This document shows positions 27,235 to 36,250 of a DNA stretch of 64,000 nt, piece after piece. Source of the DNA: an uncultured Acidobacteriota bacterium (GTDB lineage Bacteria; Acidobacteriota; Thermoanaerobaculia; Multivoradales; UBA5704). The translations under genes and the position numbers were made by a program. Under the pieces are notes generated by a model that ran no database searches, was not told where the DNA came from, and saw only the letters and a list, made by a program, of their open reading frames with translations. Each line of letters begins with the position of its first letter. Position 1 is the stretch's first letter. The stretch spans positions 3,072,001-3,136,000 of the forward strand of contig CAVYRF010000002.1 in the NCBI GenBank assembly GCA_963770895.1. Direction: 5' to 3'.

Positions 27235-28212
27235 CTACCGTCGATTGCCGCTGGGCTTGGGCGCCGGGTTTGCCGCGGCGCCGGCGCTGCCGGCCGCCTG
27301 GGCTTCGGCGGCCAGCCGGCTGCGGTAGGCGGCTTCCCCGGCGGCGACGAAGTCGCGGTAGCCCTGCGGATCGATAAAGGGATTGGGCTGGGCGCCCGCG
27401 CGCAGGCGGCGCGCCTTGTCCAGGCCGTCGTAGAACGAGGCGTGCGCTCCCAGGAAGACGTCGCACGGCAGCGCTTTGAGCACCTGGAAAGTGTGGGCGT
27501 AGTCGGCGGCGATGCCGGGATAGCTGGGACGGTCGGTCAGGCGATAGCCGGTCAGCACCGAGGTGCTGCCGTAAAACACCACGTCGTAGGTCTTGCCGGC
27601 ATCCTGCACCTGCATCGTCCAGGTGGTGCAGCCGCGGGTGTGGCCGGGGGTGAGGTGGGCGACCAGCGTCGAGCCGCCCAGCGTCACCTGCATGCCGTCG
27701 GTCACCCGGCCGTCGACCCGCACCGGCGGATAGGGCAGGGTGTCGCCGAACAGGAAATCGCCGCGGCCGCCGGCGGCGAGCAGGGGAGCGTCCAGGTCGC
27801 TGGCCAGCATCCAGGCGCCGGTCCACTGGCGCAGCTGCTCCAGGCCGCCGGCGTGGTCGAAGTGGGCGTGGCTGCACAGCAGGACCTTGACGTCGCTCAG
27901 CGCAAAGCCCAGGGTGGCGATGTTGGCGCGGATCTGCGGCGCGGTTTCCAGGTAGCCGCCATCCAGCACGATGAGCCCCGCCGGGGTGGCGATCAGAAAC
28001 GAGGTCACGTCGCTCGCCCCGACGTAATACAGGTTGCCCAGGATGCGATAGGGCGCGACCGGCTGGTTGCGCTGCCGCGATTCGGCGTCGTACTGCGCGT
28101 GCAGGAGCCGCGCGCCGCCGGTGACGACCCACGCCGCCAGCAGCGCCGCCGTTACGATCGTGGCGATCGTCGCGCGCCCACGACGGGCGAAGCGGAGCGC
28201 CGTGAACCCCAT
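27235..28212 (-). CDS. Subclass B3 metallo-beta-lactamase
   Basis: Signal peptide, PYRILGNLYYVG, SHAHFDHAGG (HxHxDH), TPGHTRGCTTW, YPGIAADY and LPCDVFLGAH. Confidence 0.88.
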   Translation of the reverse strand: MGFTALRFARRGRATIATIVTAALLAAWVVTGGARLLHAQYDAESRQRNQPVAPYRILGNLYYVGASDVTSFLIATPAGLIVLDGGYLETAPQIRANIATLGFALSDVKVLLCSHAHFDHAGGLEQLRQWTGAWMLASDLDAPLLAAGGRGDFLFGDTLPYPPVRVDGRVTDGMQVTLGGSTLVAHLTPGHTRGCTTWTMQVQDAGKTYDVVFYGSTSVLTGYRLTDRPSYPGIAADYAHTFQVLKALPCDVFLGAHASFYDGLDKARRLRAGAQPNPFIDPQGYRDFVAAGEAAYRSRLAAEAQAAGSAGAAANPAPKPSGNRR

Positions 28213-28232
28213 CGGGCGGTTTTGCCGCGTGA

Positions 28233-28778
28233 TCACAGGCCGAAGCGGGCGATGGCGCCGAGGGTGATGGTGCCGGTGTTCGCCCCCTTCAGCTCGTTGA
28301 AGGCGTTGAAGCGGTAGTTGGCGTTGATGTCCAGCTTGCAGCGCGGCAGCAGGTGCAGGTCGACGCCGACGCGGGCGGCGTAAAAGGGGCTGGAGAAGTT
28401 GTTGGAGAAGTCCTTGGAATAGGTGGTGCCGATGCCGACGCCGCCGTAGATGAAGCCGCCGATCAGCACGTACGCTTCGGGCGAGATGGCGTCGTGGAGC
28501 GAGCCGCCGAAGCCCTTGGGGTAATACTCGCCGTCCAGCTCGAACTTGAGCAGGGTGCCCGGATCGTATTGATAGGAAACCAGGTACGACACCCCGTCGC
28601 GCGCGACGCCGGAGAAGCCTTCGCTCTGCAGGTCGTCCACCGCCCGCCAGGCGTGGACCCCGACGCCGATCCACGAGTCCGCCGCCGCCGGCCTTGCCGA
28701 GGCGCCGACGCCCAGGGCCGCTGCCAGCAGCAGCACGAGGGTCGTGCGCTTCGATCGAATTGCTGCCACGGTCGCCAT
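28233..28778 (-). CDS. Small outer-membrane beta-barrel protein
   Basis: Signal peptide, alternating aromatic beta-strands and C-terminal LGAIARFGL. Confidence 0.7.
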   Translation of the reverse strand: MATVAAIRSKRTTLVLLLAAALGVGASARPAAADSWIGVGVHAWRAVDDLQSEGFSGVARDGVSYLVSYQYDPGTLLKFELDGEYYPKGFGGSLHDAISPEAYVLIGGFIYGGVGIGTTYSKDFSNNFSSPFYAARVGVDLHLLPRCKLDINANYRFNAFNELKGANTGTITLGAIARFGL

Positions 28779-28804
28779 GTCGGTCAACGTCCTGGTATGC
28801 CGGC

Positions 28805-29587
28805 CTACGACGGCGGGAAGCCGCCCAGGGCGCCGAGCTGCGCCGCGGCGGCAGCCCGCGTCGGGTCGAGGGAGATCACCTTCTGCTGCGCCGCCATGCG
28901 GTAGGGGGACTGCGGGTATTCGTCCATCAGGCGCTGGTAGATCTGCGCCGCTTCCTGGTCGCGGTGCAGCTGCTCCAAGGTGACGGCCAGCTCGTTGAGG
29001 ATCACGTCCTGCGGCAGGGGGGCGTTGGATTGGTCGAGCATCTGGCGCAGCTGCTGCTCGACCGCCTGGCCCTTGCCCTGGGTGCGGTCGAGGTCCATCA
29101 CGTCCAGCCGCGCCTGGGCGGCCAGCACGTGATCGCCGTGCTTCTTGACGAAGTCGCTCCACAGCTGGCGAGCGGCGTCGAGCTTGCCCTCCGCCGCGTC
29201 GATCTCCGCCAGGTAGATCGAGGCCACGTCCGCCGCGTCGGTGAAGCGATAGTCGGCGCGCACCGCGTCGAGCATCTTGCGGGCGCTCTGCTGGCGGGCG
29301 GCTTCGGTCGCGAAGCTGGGTTCCTTGGCGTCGGTCGGCTTGGCGGCGGCGGGGTCGATCGGCGCCTGGAAGACCTTGACCGCCGTGGCCAGCGCCCGGT
29401 TGGCCTGCTCGGAGCGGTGCGAGACCAGGTAGTACACGAGGCTGCCGAGCAGCACCAGCCCCAGCACCGCGGCAATGGTGATCATCAGCCCGCGGGAGTG
29501 GGACTCCGCGTACTCGACGCTGCGGCTGACGGCGCTGGCGAATTCGTCGCGCTTGATGTCTTTACGGTTCAGTCGTTGGTTCATCAC
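28805..29587 (-). CDS. YfgM-like membrane-anchored TPR protein
   Basis: RLNRKDIKRDEF N-terminus, a single TM and TPR helices ending YQRLMDEYPQSPY. Confidence 0.75.
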   Translation of the reverse strand: MMNQRLNRKDIKRDEFASAVSRSVEYAESHSRGLMITIAAVLGLVLLGSLVYYLVSHRSEQANRALATAVKVFQAPIDPAAAKPTDAKEPSFATEAARQQSARKMLDAVRADYRFTDAADVASIYLAEIDAAEGKLDAARQLWSDFVKKHGDHVLAAQARLDVMDLDRTQGKGQAVEQQLRQMLDQSNAPLPQDVILNELAVTLEQLHRDQEAAQIYQRLMDEYPQSPYRMAAQQKVISLDPTRAAAAAQLGALGGFPPS

Positions 29588-29720
29588 CTGCTCCCAGGGG
29601 ACTACGGCGCGGGCGGCCGACCTTCAAAGCCCGCAAGGCTATCACACGACGAGCGCGGCCAGAGCCGCGGTTGTAAGCCCCGGCGCGAGCCGCGCCGCGG
29701 CGCCCGGCCTGCGGCGGCCG

Positions 29721-32123
29721 TCAGAACGAGCGCTTGCCGAAGTTGGCGGCGAGAACGGCCAGGTCGCGGCCGTCGACGATGCCGTCGCCGTTGAAGTCGG
29801 CGTCGATGTTGTAGTTGGAATCGTACCGGTGGGCGCCGAAAGAGTAGGCGAAGATCACCAGGTCCAGACCGTCGACGATGCCGTCGTGGTTCAGATCGCC
29901 CTCCAGGAACACGGTGCCGGTGATGACGAACTGGGTGACGGTGCCGTTGAACACGTTGGGCGGGCTGGCCAGGTCCTGCGTCGCCAGGCCGACGGTGACC
30001 ACGCCGACGAGCGGCGACGGCGGCTGGTAGCGATATTCGAGCTTGGTCTTGTCGCCGCTCGGTGTGATCGCGATCGCCGTGCCGTTGACCAGCAGCTGGG
30101 TGTTGGCGACGTCGATGCCGGTGCCGAAGTCGTACAGGTCGATCTGGATCTGCGCGTTGGGCGAGACGTTTTGCGCCCCGTCGTAGGGGCTGACCAGGCC
30201 GGTGACCGGCGGGATGTCGTCGACCCCGGTCAGCACGCTGGCGAACGTCTGGGCGAGCAGCGTATAGCCCGCCGGATTGGGGTGGAGCTTGTCGATGCCG
30301 CCCGTGTAGTCGTCGGGGATGGCGTTGGGCGTCAGCACCCAGAAGACCTCGAACGGATCCACCAGCGGGCGGCTGCGCTCCCAGGCTAGCTCGCGGATCG
30401 CCCCGGCGAGCGTGCCGGTGATCAGGTTGGTGCCGTCGGTGTTGGCTGTCGGCAGGCGCGGGATGACCGTGGCGTGGTAGGCGATCATGCCGAGCGCTTC
30501 GGCGTCGCTCGCCATCACGTCCAGGTTCTGGATCGTGGTGTCGATCGACACCTTGGCGTCGACGTCGTTGGTCCCTTCCATCAGCAGCAGGCCGGTATAG
30601 CCCGCCTGCAGATCGCCACGGATCCGCGACACGCCTTCGCCGGTCGTTTCGCCGTACAGGCCGTCGTTGATCACCGTCGCCTGGCTATTCAAATCGTTGG
30701 ACAGGATGGTCTGCAGGCGTCCCGGATAGCCGCCCAGGTCGGCGGTGTCGCCGTAGCCGGCGGTGATGCTGTCGCCGAAGGCGACGTAGACCGGCGGCGC
30801 CGACGCCTTGGGCCGCGGCCTGGCGGCACGCCGGGCGGCGGCTGCGGTGGTCGCGGTGGCCGCGGTGGCCGCGTCGCCGGAGGCGGCGGCCGGGACCGGT
30901 GGCAGGACAAGGCGGGCCGCGGCCGCGGCGGGGGCCTGCCAGGCGGACCACTCCGCGGTGCGGGTGACTTCGGCGGCGTCGCTGCCGTTGCCGCCAGCCC
31001 AATGGAACGCCGCCGTGTCTCCGGCCGCGAGCGTGGGCCTGGTGGCGGCGGTCGTCGCCTGCCCCGCGCCGGTCGCCGCCGGCGCCGCAGGGAGGTCCGG
31101 CAGCGCCGCCTGGCGCAGCGGCCGGCCGGCGGCGTCCAGCTGCATCGCCGCCCAGCCGCGCGGCGCCGCAGTGCGATACAGGACGTCGACGGCGGCGCCA
31201 CCGGCGGTGCCGGCGGAGCTGACTGTGAGCTGCGGATAGAGCGAGCCGCCCGGCGCCGCCACCAGGGGGGCGCCGAAGCGCCCGTTGGCGAACCGCGCCG
31301 TCAGCAGGCGATAGCCGTCGCCGGCAAGCTGGCTGAACGCCAGGACCGCGCCGTCGCCGGCCGCCGCGACCGCGGGCGTGATGCTGGGCGTCTGGCCGGC
31401 GGTCACCGCCTGCGGTGCCGTCCAGGCGCCGCCGCCGCTGGTGGCGCGGCTCCAGACGATCTGGTCGAAATGGCCGTCGAAGGCGCTCCAAGCCAGCAAC
31501 CAGGAGCCGTCGGCCAGGCGCGCGGCGGCCAGCGCCACCTGGCTGCCGGGCCCGACCGGCGAGATCGTGCGCGGCTCCGACCACCCGGCGCCGTTCCAGG
31601 CGGCGGTGCGCACCGCGTAGGCCCGCGGGTTGTCGCCTTCCAGCCACACCAGGCCCGCCAGCTTGCCGTCTTCGACCAGCAGCAGCGGCTGGACGCGCAG
31701 CTGTCCGCTGCGCCCCGCGGGCGGCGGCACGAAGGCGGCGCGGCCGGCCGCCGCGCTGCCGGTGCTTACAACCAGCAGCAGCTGAGTGCCCTGTCCGCCC
31801 GGCGCCGGCACGGTGCCCGCGGCAAGCGAGCCGCCGGCCAGCGCCGCCCTGACATCCAGCCTGGCTCCCGCCGGCAGGGTGGCCGCCCCGTCGCCCCCGG
31901 CGTTGGCGGCATCGCCGGCGTCGCCGGCGCGTTGCGCCCATGCTGCCGCCATCGCCGGCGTCGCCGATGCCGCCCCTGCCACCTCCGCGGCCGATGTCGT
32001 TTTTGCCGCCGATGCGGCGGCGAGGGTGACGTAGATCGCCGCCAGGACGCCCGCGGACGCGCCGCGCGCAGCTCTGGCCAGCCACTGCCCATGGCCGTTG
32101 TGGCCCCGTCCAAGTTTCGGCAT
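29721..32123 (-). CDS. Secreted SGNH/GDSL hydrolase with an N-terminal beta-rich region, an Ig-like domain and a C-terminal dockerin-like EF-hand pair
   Basis: VAFGDSITAG, MEGTND and DKLHPN (blocks I, III, V), then GDLNHDGIVDGLDL and ADFNGDGIVDGRDL. Confidence 0.85.
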   Translation of the reverse strand: MPKLGRGHNGHGQWLARAARGASAGVLAAIYVTLAAASAAKTTSAAEVAGAASATPAMAAAWAQRAGDAGDAANAGGDGAATLPAGARLDVRAALAGGSLAAGTVPAPGGQGTQLLLVVSTGSAAAGRAAFVPPPAGRSGQLRVQPLLLVEDGKLAGLVWLEGDNPRAYAVRTAAWNGAGWSEPRTISPVGPGSQVALAAARLADGSWLLAWSAFDGHFDQIVWSRATSGGGAWTAPQAVTAGQTPSITPAVAAAGDGAVLAFSQLAGDGYRLLTARFANGRFGAPLVAAPGGSLYPQLTVSSAGTAGGAAVDVLYRTAAPRGWAAMQLDAAGRPLRQAALPDLPAAPAATGAGQATTAATRPTLAAGDTAAFHWAGGNGSDAAEVTRTAEWSAWQAPAAAAARLVLPPVPAAASGDAATAATATTAAAARRAARPRPKASAPPVYVAFGDSITAGYGDTADLGGYPGRLQTILSNDLNSQATVINDGLYGETTGEGVSRIRGDLQAGYTGLLLMEGTNDVDAKVSIDTTIQNLDVMASDAEALGMIAYHATVIPRLPTANTDGTNLITGTLAGAIRELAWERSRPLVDPFEVFWVLTPNAIPDDYTGGIDKLHPNPAGYTLLAQTFASVLTGVDDIPPVTGLVSPYDGAQNVSPNAQIQIDLYDFGTGIDVANTQLLVNGTAIAITPSGDKTKLEYRYQPPSPLVGVVTVGLATQDLASPPNVFNGTVTQFVITGTVFLEGDLNHDGIVDGLDLVIFAYSFGAHRYDSNYNIDADFNGDGIVDGRDLAVLAANFGKRSF

Positions 32124-32350
32124 AGGGCGGAAATCCTATGTTTGCTGTCGCCCTGGAGTCAATCGCGCCGCCGCAACGCTTGCGATCTCTTTGCGCCGCC
32201 GCGCCGGATCTTTGTGCATGCCGGACGCCGCCATGGGCCGCCATGGGAGGGGAGAGAGGGGGTGGAAAGGGCCGAACCTGGCGGCACTGCGGGGGCCGCG
32301 GCGGCGGGGCCGGCGCCGCGGGCGGCGGGCCGGCGATCGGCGGCCGCGGG

Positions 32351-32773
32351 TCAGGGGGCGACGAAGGTGCCGGTCAGGGTGTTGGAGGTATTGCCCTGCT
32401 GGTCGCTGACCTGGAAGGTGTAGGTGACCTTGGTGCCGGAGGCGGGCAGGAGCAGCGACTGCTGCACCCCGCTGGAGCCGGAGGTTTCGCCTTTGAGGCC
32501 CTGCAGGCCGTTCTTGACCACGCCGTTGGGGAGGGTGAGGACGTACCCGTCCAGGTCGGCGCTCTGGTCGGTGAAGCTGAAGGTGATCGGCAGCAGTCCC
32601 GGCCGCTGGCCGTCGATCAGCGGGCCGCCCAGGGCGGTGGCCTTGGCTGGGTTGGTGAGGTTGGAGATGGTGGGCGCGCTCTTGGTTTCGGTGGGGCTGC
32701 TGCTGCCGTGGCAGCCCAGGAACAGTCCCCCGGCCAGCCAGAGGATTCCTACCGGCGTGATCTTTAATTGCAT
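32351..32773 (-). CDS. Hypothetical lipoprotein with an Ig-like fold
   Basis: MQLKITPVGILWLAGGLFLG-C lipobox, Ser/Thr linker and YTFQVSDQQGNTSN. AAAGGAG RBS. Confidence 0.75.
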   Translation of the reverse strand: MQLKITPVGILWLAGGLFLGCHGSSSPTETKSAPTISNLTNPAKATALGGPLIDGQRPGLLPITFSFTDQSADLDGYVLTLPNGVVKNGLQGLKGETSGSSGVQQSLLLPASGTKVTYTFQVSDQQGNTSNTLTGTFVAP

Positions 32774-32899
32774 GGTCCCGGCTCCTTTCGTACCTGCGCT
32801 ATCCTGGATCTGTCGATCGCTGCGCTGGTGTATCGGAGGCGATGATGGCGGGGACGGTGGCGCTCTCGCCTGACCGCAACCTGACCGGGAGGTTATTTT

Positions 32900-34822
32900 T
32901 TGCTCAACGAGGCGGAACCGGCGCCGGCGCCCGGCTCTCCTCCGGTCTCGCGGGGGGTGCGGTACCGCTTCCAGGACGTGGAGGTGGACACCTCCCGCCA
33001 GCTGCTCCGCGTGGCCGGCCGCGAAGTGACCTGCCAGCCGCGGGTCTTTCAGCTGCTGCAGCTCCTCTGTGAAGCGGACGGCGCGGTGGTCGGCCGCGAA
33101 CAGATCTTCGCCCGGCTCTGGCCGGGCCAGGCGATCCCGTCCGACGAATCGCTGACCCAGGTGGTCCACCGCCTGCGCGCCACCCTGGGCGCCGCGAGCG
33201 GCATGGTGCGGACCGTGCGCGGGGTGGGCTTCCGCCTCGACAGCCCCGTCGAGCGCGAACCCTCTACGGCTGCCGCGGCGCCGGAGCGCGCGGTGGCGGA
33301 GCCCTCGTCGCCCCTGCCCGTGGCGACCGGGGCCACGGCGGCTGGGGCCACGGCGGCCCGGTCTGCCGCCAGCGGGACCACGGCGCCGGAGTCCGCGGCG
33401 GCCAGCGCCACCTTGCGGCGCCGGCGCGGCATGTGGTCACGGCCGGCGCCGCTGGGCTGGGCCGCCCTGGCTGTTCTGGCCGTGCTGGCCGCGGCCGGCG
33501 CGGGGTGGCTGGCGCTGGCCAGGCCGTGGCAGGTGATCGACTCCGGCTATGGGCTGGTGCGCGGCGATCTGAGCCCGGCGCGCCGCCAGACGATCGACCT
33601 GGTGGAGCGGGCGCTGGTCGCCGAGCGCCGCGGCGATCGGGCGCAGGCCCGGCACCTGCTGGAGATCGCCCATGCCACCGACGCCACGACCCCGGTGCCG
33701 GCGGCGTTCCGCTGTCTGTTCGGCTATTGGCAGGAAAGCACCGGCGACGCGGAGGGCTGGGCGCGGGCCGCGGCCGGCCGCCTGCGGCCCAGCTCCTCGC
33801 CCTACCTGCACCTGCTGGTCCGCTATGCCGCCGCGACCGCGTCCGGGCGCGGCGCCGACTGGCTGGCGGCGGCCTCGGCGATGCTCGCGGTGCGGCCGTC
33901 GGCCTGGTACCTGCGGCTGGCGCGCGCTCACTACCACCTGGGGCAGCGCGAGCCGGCGGCGGCGCTGGCCGACCTGCGCCAGATCCCGATCGCCGGCCTC
34001 GACAGCATCAGCCTGGCGCTGGTGCTGGCGGACCGTGCTTCCTTGGGGGATGCCGCGGCGGCGGAGCGCGACCTTGCCGCCGGCGGGCTGCGCGGGCAGG
34101 AGGCGCTGACCTGGTACGTGCGCGGGCGCATGGCGCTCTCCGAGCGGCAGCCGGCGGCGGCGGTGGCGGCCTTCGATCGCGAGCTCGACCTGGCGCAGCG
34201 CCGCAACCAGCCGGACCTGATCGCCGACGCCCGCCTGTTGGGCGGCGTCGCCGCCTGCGCCAGCGGCGATCTGGCCGGCGCCGCCTCGCGCTTCGACCTG
34301 GCGGCGGCGGTGGCCGGCGATCGTCACCTGCCGGACGACGTGGCTTCGGCGCTGGGGTTGGGGGCGTACCTGGCCTGGCGGCGCGGCGACCTGGCCGGCC
34401 GCGATCGCCGCCTGGCCGAGGCGGCCAGGGTGCATGCCGAACCGGACCAGGCTTTTGCGGTGGCGCTGACGCTGCTGGCGCTGTGGACGGGTGCGCCGCC
34501 GCCGCAGGAGTCACGCTCTCTTGCCGCACAGCTGCCCGACGTGCCCGAGCTGACCGGCACCGGGGCGCTGCTGCTGGCACGCCAGGCCTGGGCGGCCGGC
34601 AACCTGGAGGAGGCGCGCCGCCAGCTGCGCCAGGCGCGGGCGGAGGGTGTCGGCAAGACCTATTTTTGGGAGGAGGCGCAGCTGCTGGGAGCGGATCTGG
34701 GTGAGCGGCCGGCCGCGATGCAGGTGGATCCGCCCTACCCCAACCTGCTGCGCTTTGCCGCCGCGACCGAGCTGTCCCGCCGCCAGCTTGCGCTGCCGGC
34801 GGCGGGACGATCGGCTGTGTAG
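32900..34822 (+). CDS. CadC/ToxR-like transmembrane regulator (OmpR-type wHTH, TM, TPR-like extracytoplasmic region)
   Basis: YRFQDVEVD...QPRVFQLLQLL...LWPG...SLTQVVHRLRATLG...RTVRGVGFR, one TM, then helical repeats. GGAGG lies before the TTG start. Confidence 0.85.
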   Translation: MLNEAEPAPAPGSPPVSRGVRYRFQDVEVDTSRQLLRVAGREVTCQPRVFQLLQLLCEADGAVVGREQIFARLWPGQAIPSDESLTQVVHRLRATLGAASGMVRTVRGVGFRLDSPVEREPSTAAAAPERAVAEPSSPLPVATGATAAGATAARSAASGTTAPESAAASATLRRRRGMWSRPAPLGWAALAVLAVLAAAGAGWLALARPWQVIDSGYGLVRGDLSPARRQTIDLVERALVAERRGDRAQARHLLEIAHATDATTPVPAAFRCLFGYWQESTGDAEGWARAAAGRLRPSSSPYLHLLVRYAAATASGRGADWLAAASAMLAVRPSAWYLRLARAHYHLGQREPAAALADLRQIPIAGLDSISLALVLADRASLGDAAAAERDLAAGGLRGQEALTWYVRGRMALSERQPAAAVAAFDRELDLAQRRNQPDLIADARLLGGVAACASGDLAGAASRFDLAAAVAGDRHLPDDVASALGLGAYLAWRRGDLAGRDRRLAEAARVHAEPDQAFAVALTLLALWTGAPPPQESRSLAAQLPDVPELTGTGALLLARQAWAAGNLEEARRQLRQARAEGVGKTYFWEEAQLLGADLGERPAAMQVDPPYPNLLRFAAATELSRRQLALPAAGRSAV

Positions 34823-34832
34823 TGCGCCCTTA

Positions 34833-36137
34833 CTAGACTCCGGGAATGCCGGGGATGAAGTGCGACACGGTGCAGGCGCTGTCCAGACGGATGGCTTCGA
34901 CGCCCACCGCGTACTGGCCGTTCTGGGCGAACGTCGCCACCACCCAGGCCTGGGCGGCGGCCGGGTCGACCGGCGGATTGGGGCCCGCCGTTGCGACCGT
35001 GGTGTTGAGGTCGAAGTAGATCCAGCCGAACGAGAAGGGCGCCGGCAGGGTGGGACCGCCCAGCAGCGTCCGCTGGGTTTCGGCGGGGAAGGGGATGATG
35101 GTCGAAGTGGGCGGCGGCGGCGAGATCGGCAGCGAGCTGGTCTCGAAGGGGTGCTCCTGCTCGTCGAAGAACACCAGTCCTTCCTGGCCGAGCGGATACC
35201 AGGCCGGCCTCACTCCGGGGGTCACCGGGCAGGTGAAGGCGCCCTGCGCAACCTTCGAGTCGCGCCACACCAGGTAGGAGGTGCCGGCGCCGAAGCCGCC
35301 GCCCTCCAGGTAGCGGGCGGCGAATTCCGTGGCCAGCGGCTCGCGGTTGTCCACCGCCGTCCAGGCGTCATAGCGGCCGTAGAAGGTATAGCGGCCGGCG
35401 GTCGAGGTGGCCGGGTTGGTGGCGCTGGCTTCGACGTGCACCAGGTCGCCGCCCTCGGCGAAGTTCTGCCCCGAATTGACGATGAACCAGTCGCCCCAGA
35501 GGACGTTCTGGTTGGTGGCGTCGCCGGTGCCGCCGGTGGCGAAGTAGCCGACGTCGCCGGGGAAGCGCAGGGTGCAGTTGTTCACCGTGTCCACCGTGAT
35601 GTAGCCGCGGGCGATGTTGTCACCCAGCGCCTGGGCGGAGCAGTTGCCGCTCAGGATCGCCGACGGCAGGCCGGTCAGCGACTCCTGGAGGTGGGTGGTG
35701 TAGGCCGCCGGCAGCTGGGGCGGCGGCAGCACGCCGGTGCAGCTGGCGAAGTTGATGTCCTGCGAGAAGCTCCCCTTGGGGCTGATGGTGTCGTCCGGAT
35801 CCTGCCCCGCCGAGGCGGTCTGCGGCAGGTTGCCGTTGATGATGATGTCGCGCAGGTTGATCGACTGCACGTCGTAACCGGTGAGGTAGACGTTGAAGTC
35901 GAGCACCGGCACCGACAGGTCGGTCCAGATCACGACGTGCGCCAGGATGGCGGTCGCCGACGCATTGTTGATGGAGAACAGGGTGGTGAGCCCGTTCGGG
36001 TTGGACAGGTCGACTTCGAAATAAGGCAGCAACAACGTTGCAGCCGGCACCGCGTCGATGGTGCAAATAACCGCCGACGCGGGTCCAGCGAGTACCAGCA
36101 TACTTGCCAGTACGACACCAAGAGCGACACGGGCCAT
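34833..36137 (-). CDS. Secreted hypothetical protein
   Basis: GGAGG RBS, signal peptide, VICTIDAVPAATLLLPYFEVDL start, strong codon bias and paired Cys. Confidence 0.85.
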   Translation of the reverse strand: MARVALGVVLASMLVLAGPASAVICTIDAVPAATLLLPYFEVDLSNPNGLTTLFSINNASATAILAHVVIWTDLSVPVLDFNVYLTGYDVQSINLRDIIINGNLPQTASAGQDPDDTISPKGSFSQDINFASCTGVLPPPQLPAAYTTHLQESLTGLPSAILSGNCSAQALGDNIARGYITVDTVNNCTLRFPGDVGYFATGGTGDATNQNVLWGDWFIVNSGQNFAEGGDLVHVEASATNPATSTAGRYTFYGRYDAWTAVDNREPLATEFAARYLEGGGFGAGTSYLVWRDSKVAQGAFTCPVTPGVRPAWYPLGQEGLVFFDEQEHPFETSSLPISPPPPTSTIIPFPAETQRTLLGGPTLPAPFSFGWIYFDLNTTVATAGPNPPVDPAAAQAWVVATFAQNGQYAVGVEAIRLDSACTVSHFIPGIPGV

Positions 36138-36250
36138 CTCTTGTACCTCCCTGTTTTGACTGCGGGAAAAGATAGGTGAGCCGCGACGCAGCATATGCGC
36201 AGCGGCCGCCCGGAGCAAGGGGGACGGCACCCTGCGTTATGATCGCGCTC

